Shown here: positions 1-10,089 of the stretch, in pieces | How positions within the stretch are numbered: position 1 is the stretch's first letter | How the letters are laid out: every line of letters begins with the position of its first letter | DNA from: Eledone cirrhosa | Lineage: Eukaryota | Length of the DNA stretch: 64,000 nt | Assembly: GCA_964016885.1 (NCBI GenBank) | Contig: OZ024741.1 | Location: 105,710,001-105,774,000 of the forward strand | Reading direction: 5' to 3' | Notes under the pieces: generated by a model | The model's database searches: none | What the model was told of the DNA's origin: nothing | Seen by the model: only the letters and a program-made list of their open reading frames with translations | Position numbers and translations under genes: made by a program

Positions 1-24
1 TTGTGTAAATATGTATGTAGACAT

Positions 25-332
25 GTACCGCGCGGTTAAACCACTGGGAGTGAAGGACCCCTAGCCTTTGTCAGGGCATTCTTCTAGGAGAAGGCAACTC
101 AGGAAACTGGGATAACTCCGATATAAAACCTGCAGCTCAGTAGTTACTGATGATATTGATCTTTTCTTCTTTTCGGGTTATAGCTACTGTCGCTCAGAGA
201 GTGGGATTGGCTCAGTGCACAGTCTTTCCTCACTTTAAAAAATATCTTCATGCACAGGCATTGCACAATAGAATTAATTAATAATGGTATATCGTGCAAT
301 GGCCATACTCGATAACGAGGGGGCAGCCATCA
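25..332. mobile_element. Short interspersed repeat fragment, possibly RTE 5'UTR-derived
   Basis: GC-richer island between TG/TA microsatellites. It contains CTAGGAGAAGGCAACTC, reminiscent of RTE-type 5' leader motifs. No ORF. Confidence 0.3.
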
Positions 333-554
333 TGTGCATGTATGTGTGTGTGTGTGTTTATGTATATAAGTATGAATGCATGCATATATGTATGTGTGTA
401 TGCACACACATACTGCCAATAAATTGGCTGTATGACTCTCCCAAAGGATAATAATATGTTTCAATACGTGATTTTACATCCAGAATCTTACAAAACAAAT
501 ACAAAAACGGAGTACACACACACATACATATATATATATATTATAACTATTATA

Positions 555-662
555 TTCCGCCGAGGTTAACTTTGCCTTTCATCCTTACGGGGGTCGATAA
601 AATAAAGTACCAGTAATACACTGGGTAATTGCTGGCCTTGTACCAAAAGTAGAAACAATTAT
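555..662 (+). mobile_element. tRNA-derived SINE family A, 5'-truncated
   Basis: CCGCCGAGGTTAACTTTGCCTTTCATCCTTACGGGG-TCGATAAAATAAAGTACCAG...GTAGAAACAATTA. The same sequence recurs many times in the window. Confidence 0.85.
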
Positions 663-835
663 ATATATATATATATATGCAAAAGTTCTGTTTAAATTGT
701 TGGGATACAACAAGTAAATATTTTTATAACTGATATAAAGCACTCGACAAGTATTTGGAGTAGATGGCTTCCAAAAGTAACAGTCGCATTTTGAAAGGGT
801 ACGTCAATGTTTATTTATAAAACTGGTATATATTG

Positions 836-900
836 TATTTTGTCTGATGAAGGCATACCTTAATTTAGCTTGGTATCCTTGAAATATGTATAATGAAATA
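836..900 (+). ncRNA. Type I hammerhead ribozyme motif
   Basis: Stem I TATTTTGT/ATGAAATA with 2 wobbles; CTGATGA 844-850; stem II AGG(C)ATACC/GGTATCCT; GAAA 881-884; loop TATGTA; AUA triplet. Lies in a ~270-bp module between (TA)n tracts. Confidence 0.7.
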
Positions 901-1254
901 AATATGGTTTTATAAATATAGTTTCCATTTGTTAATATCGTATATATATATATATAATATTTTGAGAAAGACATAGAAAGTATATAGATTTTAAATAAAT
1001 ATATAACTGCATCTATTTAAGCATAGATGAACATATAGATATATAAGTAGTGTAAATTAGTATCTCACCAAGCTATACACAACTATTGAAGAATACAGAT
1101 CGATAACTCTCCTGATAAATAGTCAAATTGGTGCTATATGACCTATTATACACATATTTAGAGTCGGATACTATTTTGTAGACAATATGTGTGTGTGTGT
1201 ATGCATACATACACACATACATATATGCACGTAAACATACTTACGTACACGCAC

Positions 1255-1611
1255 ACATACACATACATACATACATACATACATACATACATACATACAT
1301 ACATACATACATACATACATACATACATACATACATACATACATACATACATACATACATACATACATACATACATACATACATACATACATACATACAT
1401 ACATACATACATACATACATACATACATACATACATACATACATACATACATACATACATACATACATACATACATACATACATACATACATACATACAT
1501 ACATACATACATACATACATACATACATACATACATACATACATACATACATACATACATACATACATACATACATACATACATACATACATACATACAT
1601 ACATACATACA

Positions 1612-1640
<29 letters not shown>
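1255..1640. repeat. (TACA)n microsatellite
   Basis: About 385 bp of perfect tetranucleotide repeat; source of the MYVC/HTYI ORFs. Confidence 0.98.
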
Positions 1641-1642
<2 letters not shown>

Positions 1643-2289
1643 TTAACATGCAGGCTCGTGTTTAAGCGAGTGCATATGTACTTAGATATAAATGCGTGTT
1701 GTGCGTCTTTTGAGTTAAGGCAAGTTACTATATATACAAGCATGTTTTCTCTTTTCAGTGGTGTCTGTCTACATGCTGTGGTCATGCTGGAGCAGGGTAA
1801 AATGAAAAGGTGTACCGTTGTGGTGGAATGTGAAAGTAGGTATTCACCTCATTTTGAACATGTATACATATAAGTACGCACACACACACGTGTATGTGTG
1901 TGTATGTGCGTGTGTTGATACGGAGTTTACACCCTCCAACTTTCTCTCACTCTCTCTCTCTTTCTTTAAGTATAGAAACTATTTATTAAAATGGAAAATA
2001 AAGGCAAATTAAATAGAAGAGATAGAGAGAGGGGTTTAGGGAGATAGAGAGAAGAAGAGGGAAGGGATAGTGGAAGATATGGAGGGAGAAAGAGAGAGAG
2101 AGAATTAGAAATAGAGAGAAAGAATTAGAAATAGAGGGAGATAGAAAGAATGAATGAAAGAAGAGAGGAAGGAAGGAAGGAAGGAAAAGGGGTAGAAAGG
2201 AAAAAAGTATCACATGATTTAACACCATTTATTTCCTAAGGGCTGAAGGAAGTTATTGGAATAGAGCCATTATTATTACCACGATGAAG

Positions 2290-2700
2290 GGCAGAGAATT
2301 GGCAGTATTGGTAGAGTGTTGGACATGTTTTGGTGCATATAGTTACGGCCCTTTACGTTCTGAGCTCAAATTCCTCTGAAGTTAGCTTTGCCTTTCATTC
2401 TTACTGTGTCAATAAAATAATTGTTTCTACTTTTGGCACAAGGCCAGCAATTACCCAGTGCATTACTGGTACTTTATTTTATCGACCCCGTAAGGATGAA
2501 AGGCAAAGTTAACCTCGGCGAGATTTGAACTCAGAATGACAAGGGCCGTAACTCTATACGTCAAAGCATGGCGTCCGACCCACTACCGATACTGCCAATA
2601 ATGTACCAGTTCAGTACGTGGTTGATTTAATCGACCCCCCCCCCCCCCTCCCTGCAGTTTGTTGGCCTTGAGTCAAAAGTAGAAAGAAACAATTATTACC
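2290..2700 (+). mobile_element. Old SINE family A copy interrupted by a younger antisense copy (2418-2600)
   Basis: The diverged plus-strand SINE breaks at ...CAATAAAATAA| and resumes at GTACCAGTT (2603). A minus-strand near-consensus copy lies in between. Confidence 0.8.
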
Positions 2701-2788
2701 ATGACGATGATGGTGATTATGATTGTGATGATGATGGCAATGGTGGTGATGGCGATGACCTCCTCCCACACACATATATGTTATATAA

Positions 2789-3014
<226 letters not shown>

Positions 3015-3122
3015 TTCCCACTCTACTACCCTAAGTATTGAGTACACTGGTGCGTTATGGTCCATCTGGGTCCCCCAAACGGACCTGAAATTTTGAATTG
3101 TTGTTATTATCAATAAATATAT

Positions 3123-3276
3123 TTCATTATTTCTGAAGACGGCGTATATATGTGTTGGTATGTATATTTAATCTTGATAGTTTGTATAATTTTGTATAAT
3201 TTTGTACATAGATCTATTGAATATGCATGCCAATTCTAACACATATATATCCTAGAAACGATCGTTAAATAATGAA
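3123..3276 (+). ncRNA. Type I hammerhead ribozyme with ~115-nt stem II
   Basis: 10-bp stem I TTCATTATTT/AAATAATGAA; CTGAAGA 3133-3139; long hairpin (TATATATGTGTT/AACACATATATA and TTGGTATGTATATTTAAT/ATTGAATATGCATGCCAA); GAAAC-GATC-GTT palindromic stem III. Confidence 0.85.
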
Positions 3277-3388
3277 CTTTTTTTGTTTAATATAAGGAAC
3301 TGTTTCATTGTTTTATTCATTATTTGTTTAATATTTTATATATATATATATATATATATACTGTTATACTTTGGGAGGGTCATGTTGC

Positions 3389-3738
3389 AAATAAGAAACA
3401 CACGCACCAGTGGCTTTCACTCCAATTTATTATAAACTAAATTATAAATTTTTAAATTTATAAATTTCCGGTTGGTTGGTTCCACAACCGGACGGTTGTT
3501 CATATATTGTCAAAGTTCTTTCGTGACACATTCTTTGTTTTGTGTCTCTCCTTTGATCTGTCCTACGCCATCTTGTTTGGCGTAGGACAGAACAAAGGAG
3601 AGGCACAAAACAAAGAAAAGAATCCCCAGACACTGAAGAAATCAGTTGTAGAACCAACCAACCGGAAATTTATAAATTTTAAAATTTATAATTTATAATA
3701 AATTGGAGTGAAAGCAACTGGTGCGTGTGTTTCTTATT
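3389..3738. mobile_element. Foldback module: ~95-bp terminal inverted repeats plus an internal hairpin
   Basis: 3389-3489 is the inverse of 3644-3738 (AATAAGAAACACACGCACCAG.../...CTGGTGCGTGTGTTTCTTATT). An inner hairpin at ~3530-3623 is centred on CGCCATCTTGTTTGGCG. Confidence 0.8.
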
Positions 3739-4004
3739 AGTATAACAATATCGGTTTCAATACACGTTTTCAGATAAAGAATCTTGCTAAACAAATTCAG
3801 AAACGATATATATATACACAGACACTATTTTTACGTCCGCAAGGGTGGGACAGGAACTAATTCTGGCTTGATTTCTACAACTGGATGCCCTTCCTAACAC
3901 CAACCTCATTTACAGTGAGTGCTTTTTTTTACCGTGGCACCTCCACGACCACTTTACAGTGTGGGCTGGGTGCTTTTTTGCCATGGCACCTCCCTGACCA
4001 CTTT

Positions 4005-4133
4005 CTACTGGTGAGTAAACTGGAGCAATGTGAAATAAAGTTTTGCTCAAGGAAACAACACATCACCCGGTCTGAGAATTGAAGTAACAACCTTTCGACT
4101 GCAAGGCCAATGATCTAACCACTAAGCCATGTG

Positions 4134-4135
<2 letters not shown>
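4005..4135 (-). mobile_element. tRNA-derived SINE family B fragment
   Basis: Antisense tRNA-like head (CTAACCACTAAGCCA) and TTGCTCAAGGA core, shared with 14250-14680 and 33372-33500. Confidence 0.65.
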
Positions 4136-4166
<31 letters not shown>

Positions 4167-4171
<5 letters not shown>

Positions 4172-4253
4172 TGAGTCCTTCATCAGTGACCCTCCAACCG
4201 TCCCATCGCTTTAAGGGGACGGTTGGAGGGTCACTGATGAAGGACTCACTTTT
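4167..4253. repeat. Inverted repeat (~39-bp arms) carrying CTGATGA
   Basis: AAAAGTGAGTCCTTCATCAGTGACCCTCCAACCGTCCC / GGGACGGTTGGAGGGTCACTGATGAAGGACTCACTTTT, between (TA)n tracts. A related sequence lies at 5935-6000. Confidence 0.9.
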
Positions 4254-4293
4254 TCATATGCACCACCATTTGCAACGGGCAGCCATCATTATT

Positions 4294-4467
<174 letters not shown>

Positions 4468-4610
4468 ATATTTTGAAAAGGTAACACACCAGAGAGAGAG
4501 ATATACAGTGCGTTATCAATAAAGCAGGGGAAAAACCCACCAGTGTATGGAATCTATAACCTATGAAAGGCAGACTATAGGCACGATAATTAAAAATATA
4601 AATTAAAGCG

Positions 4611-4656
4611 TAAATAAATACCTCTATAACTATATAGTTATAGAGGTATTTATTTA
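4611..4656. repeat. Perfect 46-bp palindrome
   Basis: TAAATAAATACCTCTATAACTATATAGTTATAGAGGTATTTATTTA equals its own reverse complement. Confidence 0.95.
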
Positions 4657-4676
4657 TGGCTAAGCAGTGAGCCTTG

Positions 4677-4726
4677 TTAGTCTGGAGTTTCACCTGAACC
4701 CTTGCAGAATCATCAGATAAAACTAA
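4677..4726 (-). ncRNA. Degenerate hammerhead ribozyme motif
   Basis: Minus strand reads TTAGTTTTAT-CTGATGA-TTCTG..CAGGT-GAAAC-TCCAGACTAA. The core is intact, but the stem III/cleavage region appears deleted. Confidence 0.45.
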
Positions 4727-4962
4727 ATTTTCAATAACAGAGACAGCATAAATTGGGAAAGACTCAAGGTTGAGGGTGCAAGTAGGTGGATAGGTGTTTT
4801 TGAATGGGTTAGTCAGGGGGGAAAGAATGGTATGGAAAGAGAATGGCAAAAAAGGAGGGAACACTAAGAGAAAGAAGGAGGGTGTGGGTATGGTATGTGT
4901 GCTGATGGTAATGGTAATAAAGTTGAGGATAGAAATTAGTAAAAGAAGTGAAAATCCGGAGT

Positions 4963-5020
<58 letters not shown>

Positions 5021-5025
<5 letters not shown>

Positions 5026-5751
5026 TCTGTCTAGTTTATGTATATGTAAATCTATATATTTGATAATCTCCCATATGGTTGAGAAACAATTTAGGCAGTA
5101 TTCGGCTGCGCTTTCTAGCAACCAGCCCACTCGCCGTAAGGCACCAATCACAAACTTTCTGACTTGACCACTAGCCACGTCACAGTTCTTAGCCATTTTG
5201 AATTCGTTTCTGGCGGGGATCATTTAAGAAAAATCTTTGTCCAATTGAGTTTGTTTCCTGATGATTTCGAAATTCGTGAATTTATCCTTGATCGGATATT
5301 TCCAAAAAGCGAATGAAACTTCAAGGGGTAGAGACATAATTTTGGTATGCTTATATACATTTTTTCTTCTAACTTTGATTTTGTACCTAATTGTGTATGG
5401 TTGGCGATATATCTAATCGATTTCCACGGGCTATTAGAAATACTGGGTAAATATTTTGTGGCTGTTGATCGCGGATAGATAGCTGTCGTTTATTTATCTA
5501 TTGTTTCTTCATAGGTGCCTTTTAATCTTATAGCCTTGTTTAATTGATTTTTTGTATGGTTCATTATGCTGATTGGGAGAGGAAATACTGTATATATTTT
5601 ATCAAATGATTCTATGGACCTACTTTCTTGTATATTGCTCTGATTGTTGATTATTTAATTAATTAATTCGTCATTGTGCCACACCGTGATGGTTGCCAAA
5701 AACACATATATATATCTATGGCTCTGTCTAGTTTATGTATATGTAAATCTA

Positions 5752-5755
<4 letters not shown>
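5021..5755. mobile_element. Unclassified element with ~35-bp terminal direct repeats between (TA)n tracts
   Basis: ATGGCTCTGTCTAGTTTATGTATATGTAAATCTAT at 5021 and at 5718. Confidence 0.55.
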
Positions 5756-5808
<53 letters not shown>

Positions 5809-6019
5809 TTTTCCTTCTATGTTGTTTACTTGTCTCACTCGCTTTACGCGATTCACTTGTCCCAATAGCTTATTTTAGTTATTGCTCGCACCAACCTGAG
5901 GTATCTGATTTTTAATGCGATGAAATACCAATGATGGTTGGCAAATCACTGATGAGGGACTAATTTTATAATATGTAACCCATGTGCAACCACGCAGTAT
6001 TCCCCTTTCTTCCCATGTT

Positions 6020-6050
<31 letters not shown>

Positions 6051-6130
6051 AATCTATAATAATGAGTTCAAATCTCAGGCAGTCTTTTACAATGAAATAG
6101 CTCAAAGAAAGAGTATTTCTGAGCCGTGTA

Positions 6131-6621
6131 ATACAGGTTAATATAAATTAATATATTTGATAAACACAAATATCAACATATTCATGTTTGTATTGTAAAT
6201 GACCAAGTTAGCTAGATTGAAATATACTAATAATAATACTACAGTTTGCCTGTCTTGACTTAAGATAATAAATCAACAAAAACAAATTGTATTGGCAATG
6301 GCCGTGGTGCTTGGACAAATTTAAATTTCAAAATCAAACCTGTTCCGTAGACAGGTTTAAACCTGTCATTATTCGAAACATATTTGGATTTTAGGGTTTA
6401 AACCTGTCTACGGAACAGGTTTGATTTTGAAATTTAAATTTGTCCAAGCACCACGGCCATTGCCAATACAATTTGTTTTTGTTGATTTATTATCTTAAGT
6501 CAAGACAGGCAAACTGTAGTATTATTATTAGTATATTTCAATCTAGCTAACTTGGTCATTTACAATACAAACATGAATATGTTGATATTTGTGTTTATCA
6601 AATATATTAATTTATATTAAC

Positions 6622-6627
<6 letters not shown>
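6131..6627. repeat. Long inverted repeat, 233-bp arms with a 31-bp spacer
   Basis: 6131-6363 is the reverse complement of 6395-6627, with no mismatch seen by eye. The right arm abuts (TA)n. Confidence 0.95.
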
Positions 6628-6657
<30 letters not shown>

Positions 6658-6661
<4 letters not shown>

Positions 6662-6770
6662 GTTTCTACTCTTGGCACAAAGCCAGCAATAACCCAATAC
6701 ATTACTGGTACTTTATTTTATCGACCCCGTAAGGATGAAAGGCATAGTTAACCTCGGCGGGATTTGAAAT
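6658..6770 (-). mobile_element. SINE family A, truncated
   Basis: AATTGTTTCTAC...GGATGAAAGGCA..GTTAACCTCGGCGGGATTTGAA. Confidence 0.85.
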
Positions 6771-6892
6771 ATTTATATAATGGTAGCTAAGATGCTTCCA
6801 TAGGCGGTATGCCGGTTGAGCACTTTATGCTACTACGGAGCAGAGTATTATAGAATGGAAAACGAAAAATCAGTGATGCAACTCAATTTATT

Positions 6893-6983
6893 GTGTGTTA
6901 CAATTGTTTCCCCGGCGAACAGCTCAAGGTGTGATCTGTGTGTGGATCGACCTGTCTCTAACCTCGCAGGTTCCTCGGACACG
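6893..6983 (-). ncRNA. Hammerhead-like motif with CCGAGGA (U4C) core
   Basis: Minus strand reads GTGT-CCGAGGA-...CCTTGAGCTGTTCGCCGG-G-GAAAC-AATT-GTA-ACAC. Homologous to the canonical-core HHR at 8736-8801. The host module 6795-7057 has inverted ends (6852-6892 vs 7012-7057). Confidence 0.6.
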
Positions 6984-7153
6984 TCTATTGATTTCGGAGC
7001 ATGTCCTCTTAAATAAATTGAATTCCGATGCATCACTGATTTTTCGTTTTCAATTCTCTCTCTCTATATATATATATATGTATGTGTGTGTGGATGTACT
7101 ATAAGGAGAAAAAAAAACACGGATTCAGTGTTGCATCATAACATATTTAATAT

Positions 7154-7218
7154 CATATTACATATGTTTCACTATCGATCAGCTCAAGGAAAGACCTATT
7201 ATATATCGTCAGATATGC
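7154..7218 (-). ncRNA. Type I hammerhead ribozyme, inverted copy of 8736-8801
   Basis: Minus strand reads GCATAT-CTGACGA-TATATAATAGG...GATAGT-GAAAC-ATAT-GTA-ATATG. Confidence 0.8.
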
Positions 7219-7244
7219 TAGCTATATGATCTCGTCTCCGATCT

Positions 7245-7565
7245 CGTCGACCGAGCATGGATGTGTTGAGAGAGAAACTGTGTTTGAGAGGGATAAATTG
7301 TAGTGTGCAGGGGAGGAGACTGCGATGGTATGGACATGTGATGCGCATGGAGGATGACCGATGGGGGAAGAAGTGCCAAGAAATGCCAGTTGAAGGAAGA
7401 TGTAGTAGAGGAAAACCACGAAAAACATGGGCGGAGGTGGTGAGAGCAGACCTCAGATCGCTGAAGCTCACAGTGTAGATGACGAAGGACCATGACAAGT
7501 GGAGAGATGCTGTGCTGAATAGGACCCGTCCCACCCTTGCAAGCAGAGAAAAACGGACGTAAAAT
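7245..7565 (+). mobile_element. RTE-clade LINE 3' fragment
   Basis: ORF 7257-7478 RLRWYGHVMRMEDDRWGKKCQEMPVEGRCSRGKPRKTW is a typical RTE ORF C-terminus. Confidence 0.85.
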
Positions 7566-7968
7566 GCTTATATATATATATATATAAAGCTTAACTTTCC
7601 GTATTTACTACGGTTATGAAGTGCGGTTTGTTATTCGGGTACGACTTCTGTTTTTAGCCTAAGAAAATATCTATATGCGTGTGTAATTAATACACGCATG
7701 TACTTATTTTTTAAATTTCAATTGAGTTCTTAACACGTTGGATTGATAATGTTTTTTGAAAAAACTAATTAACCCGCGTGAATATTATTTTTTCTTTTCT
7801 CGTGTATTGGTTATCTCCCCTTCCCGCTTCGTGACGCTATAATACTTCCTCAGTCAAAAACTGCTGGAATTTCAAATTTGGCGGTCATTCGATGCGTGAG
7901 GGAGCAGCTTAGCAGACACGATTTTTAACTGCGGTAAGAATTTTTTCTTATATCAAAGTTTAATGGGC

Positions 7969-8093
7969 TTCCACTGATGATTTATAGGCACCCACCTAAA
8001 TATATTCTTACATGAATATATGTTAGGCTTCTACATAAACTGGAAACATTCTCCTAATTTGTAGAAAACTTATAATGAAACAATTGTTTGGAA
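7969..8093 (+). ncRNA. Type I hammerhead ribozyme with branched stem II
   Basis: Stem I TTCCA/TGGAA; CTGATGA 7974-7980; stem II base TTATAG/TTATAA with two sub-hairpins (CCTAA-ATATATTC/GAATATAT-G-TTAGG and TTCTACA/TGTAGAA); GAAAC-AATT-GTT. Confidence 0.8.
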
Positions 8094-8274
8094 AGAGAGA
8101 TATATTTTAACTTTAATTATATCTCATAAAATAATACAACTGGCTTTCCACATAATACATATAGTTAGCACCCCAAACACTTAAATTGGGTTTATACCAA
8201 CATATAACCTAATGTTTGTTGAGTGAGATGGTTACCAGTCAGACTTTAGCTTTAAGCTATCTCTGTTATTGTAT

Positions 8275-8341
<67 letters not shown>

Positions 8342-8735
8342 ATATACATAAATATATGTGTGTGTATATATATGTACATATGTGCGCGTATGTATATGTG
8401 TCTGTAGATGCATATGTGTGTGTATGCATGTGTATGTATGTGTATATATGTGTACACATATGTAGGTATATGTATATATATATATGTGTGTGGGGATATG
8501 GGTGGTATATGAGTATTAAATCTAGCATTAAATGGCAGGCTAATGACCTCCCACGGATGAACACACATGACAGCTTGACCGGAGGACAGCTGTTACCCCA
8601 AAGTTAGACTAATGATGATGGTGAGATAATTGAACCAATGAACGGATGTAGAATACCATGCTGTCAAAATGTGCTGTAGATAGCTAATAGCTAGAGATTT
8701 TCACTCATAGAATCGGAGACGAGATCATATAGCAA

Positions 8736-8801
8736 GCATATCTGACGATCTATAATAAGTCTTTCCTCGAGCTGATCGATAGTGAAACATATGTAATATG
8801 T
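8736..8801 (+). ncRNA. Type I hammerhead ribozyme
   Basis: Stem I GCATAT/ATATGT; CTGACGA 8742-8748; stem II CTAT..ATAG; GAAAC 8784-8788; palindrome ACATATGT; GUA triplet. Confidence 0.85.
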
Positions 8802-8931
8802 TATTAAATATGTTATGATGCAACACTGAATCTTTGTTCCTTTATCCTTACAGTATTATGCTCTGCTCTACGCGAGCATTGAGTGCTCAACCGGCATACC
8901 GCCTACGGACGCAATTTTTTTGCAACCATAC

Positions 8932-8998
<67 letters not shown>

Positions 8999-9549
8999 GA
9001 ATGTCTGTATAAATAGCATTATCATCATCATTTAACACCCACTTGCCAGACAAACCCTTTGTTAGGCAAGTTTCCTACAGTTGGATGCCCTTGCAATCAC
9101 CAACCATTTTACAAACGTGTACTGGGTGTATTTATCATGTAGATCACCAACACTAGAGAGGTTGTTGTGTTATTGACACAATTGAAGGGTCCTCCTAACC
9201 CTTTTAGGCATGGTTTTTATAGTGGGTGCCCTTCCCGTTGCCAACCACTTTACAGGGTATACCTGGTTCATTTTCGAGATACCATCACTACAGAGGTTTT
9301 TAGTGAAAGTCCACACTGAAAGTCCTCCCTGCTCTGGGAGGGGGGAGGGATAGGGGAAGGAGATAGGTATGAAGTTATAGGTGTATGTGGTGATTTGGCA
9401 AGGCAATGATTAAGAGGAAAGTGTGGCTGAGAGTATATGAGGAAATGAGATATAGTGGTGTGGGATGTGTGAACTGTGTGGTCAATAGTGTGTGGGTGGG
9501 GTGAACTTTGTGGTCAATAGTGTATGGGTGGGGTGAACTGAAAGATTAA

Positions 9550-9762
9550 CCCTTTAGCATTAACATTACTATTATATTTTCAAGGTGAAGGCTTTATCTA
9601 AAATAATTATCTCACATAATATGGAATCTACGAGATTTTGATGATGTTATTTATTTTGAGAACAATATCTTATTGTCAGTATGAGTGGCCGGTTATGACT
9701 AGCATGAACAGAAAGAGGTGAGAGAATTCTGGTCGGATATGGCCGGTTTAAATGCTAAAGGG
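9550..9762. mobile_element. piggyBac-type MITE
   Basis: TTAA|CCCTTTAGCATT...AATGCTAAAGGG|TTAA, i.e. a TTAA target-site duplication with CCC-starting TIRs. No ORF. Confidence 0.85.
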
Positions 9763-9819
9763 TTAATAGCTAAGGGGTGTAGTGTAGGTGGGGCACAAGA
9801 TAGTTGTTTCTACTTTTGG

Positions 9820-9975
9820 CACAAGGACAGCAATTATCCCAGTGTATTACAGGTACTTTATTTTATCGACACCGTAAGGATGAAAGGCAAAGTTAACCTC
9901 GGCGGGATTTGAACTCAGAATGGCAAGGGCCGTAACTCTATGCGCCAAAGCATGGCGTCCAACCTTCTACCGGTA
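9820..9975 (-). mobile_element. SINE family A
   Basis: Near-consensus antisense copy including the GGATTTGAACTC B-box. Confidence 0.85.
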
Positions 9976-10089
9976 TCTAAGAGCTATAGAAAGGAGGGCA
10001 TAGCTAAGGAATGATACCGGAGGGGGCATGGGTGGGGAATTGCAGTGGTGGTGAGGATAGCTGTTGAGGAGTGGTAGTGGAAGGGGCAG

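Noticed and set aside
1158-1785. Long ORFs MYVC/HTYI and similar poly-residue ORFs throughout the window (16108-20835, 53969-54348)
   Set aside because: They are translations of (TACA)n, (TA)n, (GTA)n, (GA)n and (CA)n microsatellites, which lack stops by construction.
1745-1802. Possible plus-strand micro-exon (TTTTCTCTTTTCAG...GG|GTAAAA)
   Set aside because: Only splice-like signals are present; the peptide is not recognisable and there are no partner exons.
5257-5280. CTGATGATTTCGAAA
   Set aside because: There is no room for stem II and no stem I complement.
9468-9540. Small local tandem duplications (also 13700-13820, 17915-18168, 24590-24685)
   Set aside because: Ordinary slippage-type duplications with no further structure.
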